NCBI RefSeq assembly: GCF_004376175.1
Contig: NZ_SNUY01000049.1
Span: 1-24,260, forward strand
Direction: 5' to 3'
Origin: Halalkalibacterium halodurans
GTDB lineage: Bacteria; Bacillota; Bacilli; Bacillales; Bacillaceae_D
Length of the DNA: 24,260 bases
Made by a program: the position numbers and the translations under genes
The notes under the pieces: model-generated
What the model was told of the DNA's origin: nothing
Seen by the model: the letters and a program-made list of their open reading frames with translations, nothing else
Database searches by the model: none
Part shown: positions 24,121 to 24,260 of the stretch, in pieces
How positions within the stretch are numbered: the first letter of the stretch is position 1
Layout of the letters: each line of letters starts with the position of its first letter

Positions 24121-24260
24121 TGTGAATAGGTTACACTTAGTTGGACAGTTTCGTTAAGGTCATATACACTTGATTCAAATAAACTCTGAGGAGAATCAAA
24201 CATGACCAAGCGTCCGAGAAGAAGCTATACAAAAGAATTTAAGGATCAAATCGTTCAACT
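24121..24260 (+). mobile_element. IS3-family insertion sequence, with the left end and the start of orfA. It runs off the right edge.
   Basis: The sequence starts TGTGAATAGG...TTGGACAG, with a TG terminus typical of IS3-family inverted repeats. About 80 nt later comes an orfA-like start. The boundary is inferred. Confidence 0.55.
24202..24260 (+). CDS. IS3-family transposase OrfA, first 19 codons (partial)
   Basis: MTKRPRRSYTKEFKDQIVQ matches the common IS3/IS150-type OrfA N-terminus (R..yt.EFK...V). GAGGAG lies 8 nt upstream. Confidence 0.65.
   Translation, partial: MTKRPRRSYTKEFKDQIVQ

Noticed and set aside
1-24260. CRISPR arrays, tRNA or rRNA genes, and large tandem repeats
   Set aside because: I saw no regularly spaced direct repeats and no tRNA-like or rRNA-like segments while reading both strands. 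This was checked by eye only.

Overview
This is a Bacillus-type chromosomal segment with Shine-Dalgarno-led genes and rho-independent hairpins. It is bounded by two partial insertion sequences: an ISL3-family end at 1-414 and an IS3-family end at 24121-24260. The left 10 kb holds a complete two-peptide class II lanthipeptide (lantibiotic) locus in divergent layout, halT-halM2-halA2 on the minus strand and halA1-halM1 on the plus strand. From memory, the two precursor peptides match HalA1 and HalA2 of haloduracin from Bacillus (Halalkalibacterium) halodurans C-125, described in 2006. The core system is therefore known, not new. The less explored parts are at its right edge. There is a 26-aa hydrophobic ORF too short for the supplied track, co-transcribed after halM1. 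There is also an XRE-HTH gene coupled to a 3-TM membrane protein gene, resembling the CylR2/CylR1 regulators of the enterococcal cytolysin. Inverted repeats overlap the divergent precursor promoters. No LanFEG/LanI immunity gene and no LanP-type trimming protease is visible. The rest of the window looks like ordinary chromosome:
- a PilZ-like protein
- a DUF1232 protein
- a minus-strand run of a CaCA antiporter, uppP and an AI-2E/YtvI-like permease
- a frameshifted GNAT gene
- an orphan ktrA-like gene
- a phnDCEE-type phosphonate/phosphite ABC operon with Pho-box-like repeats upstream
- a tandem DnaA-box cluster
- an MFS transporter
- a HAD hydrolase
- an acidic lipoprotein
- a CPBP intramembrane protease
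- a GNAT C-terminal fragment
I saw no rRNA, tRNA or CRISPR array. All coordinates and motifs were read by eye, and no database search was run.
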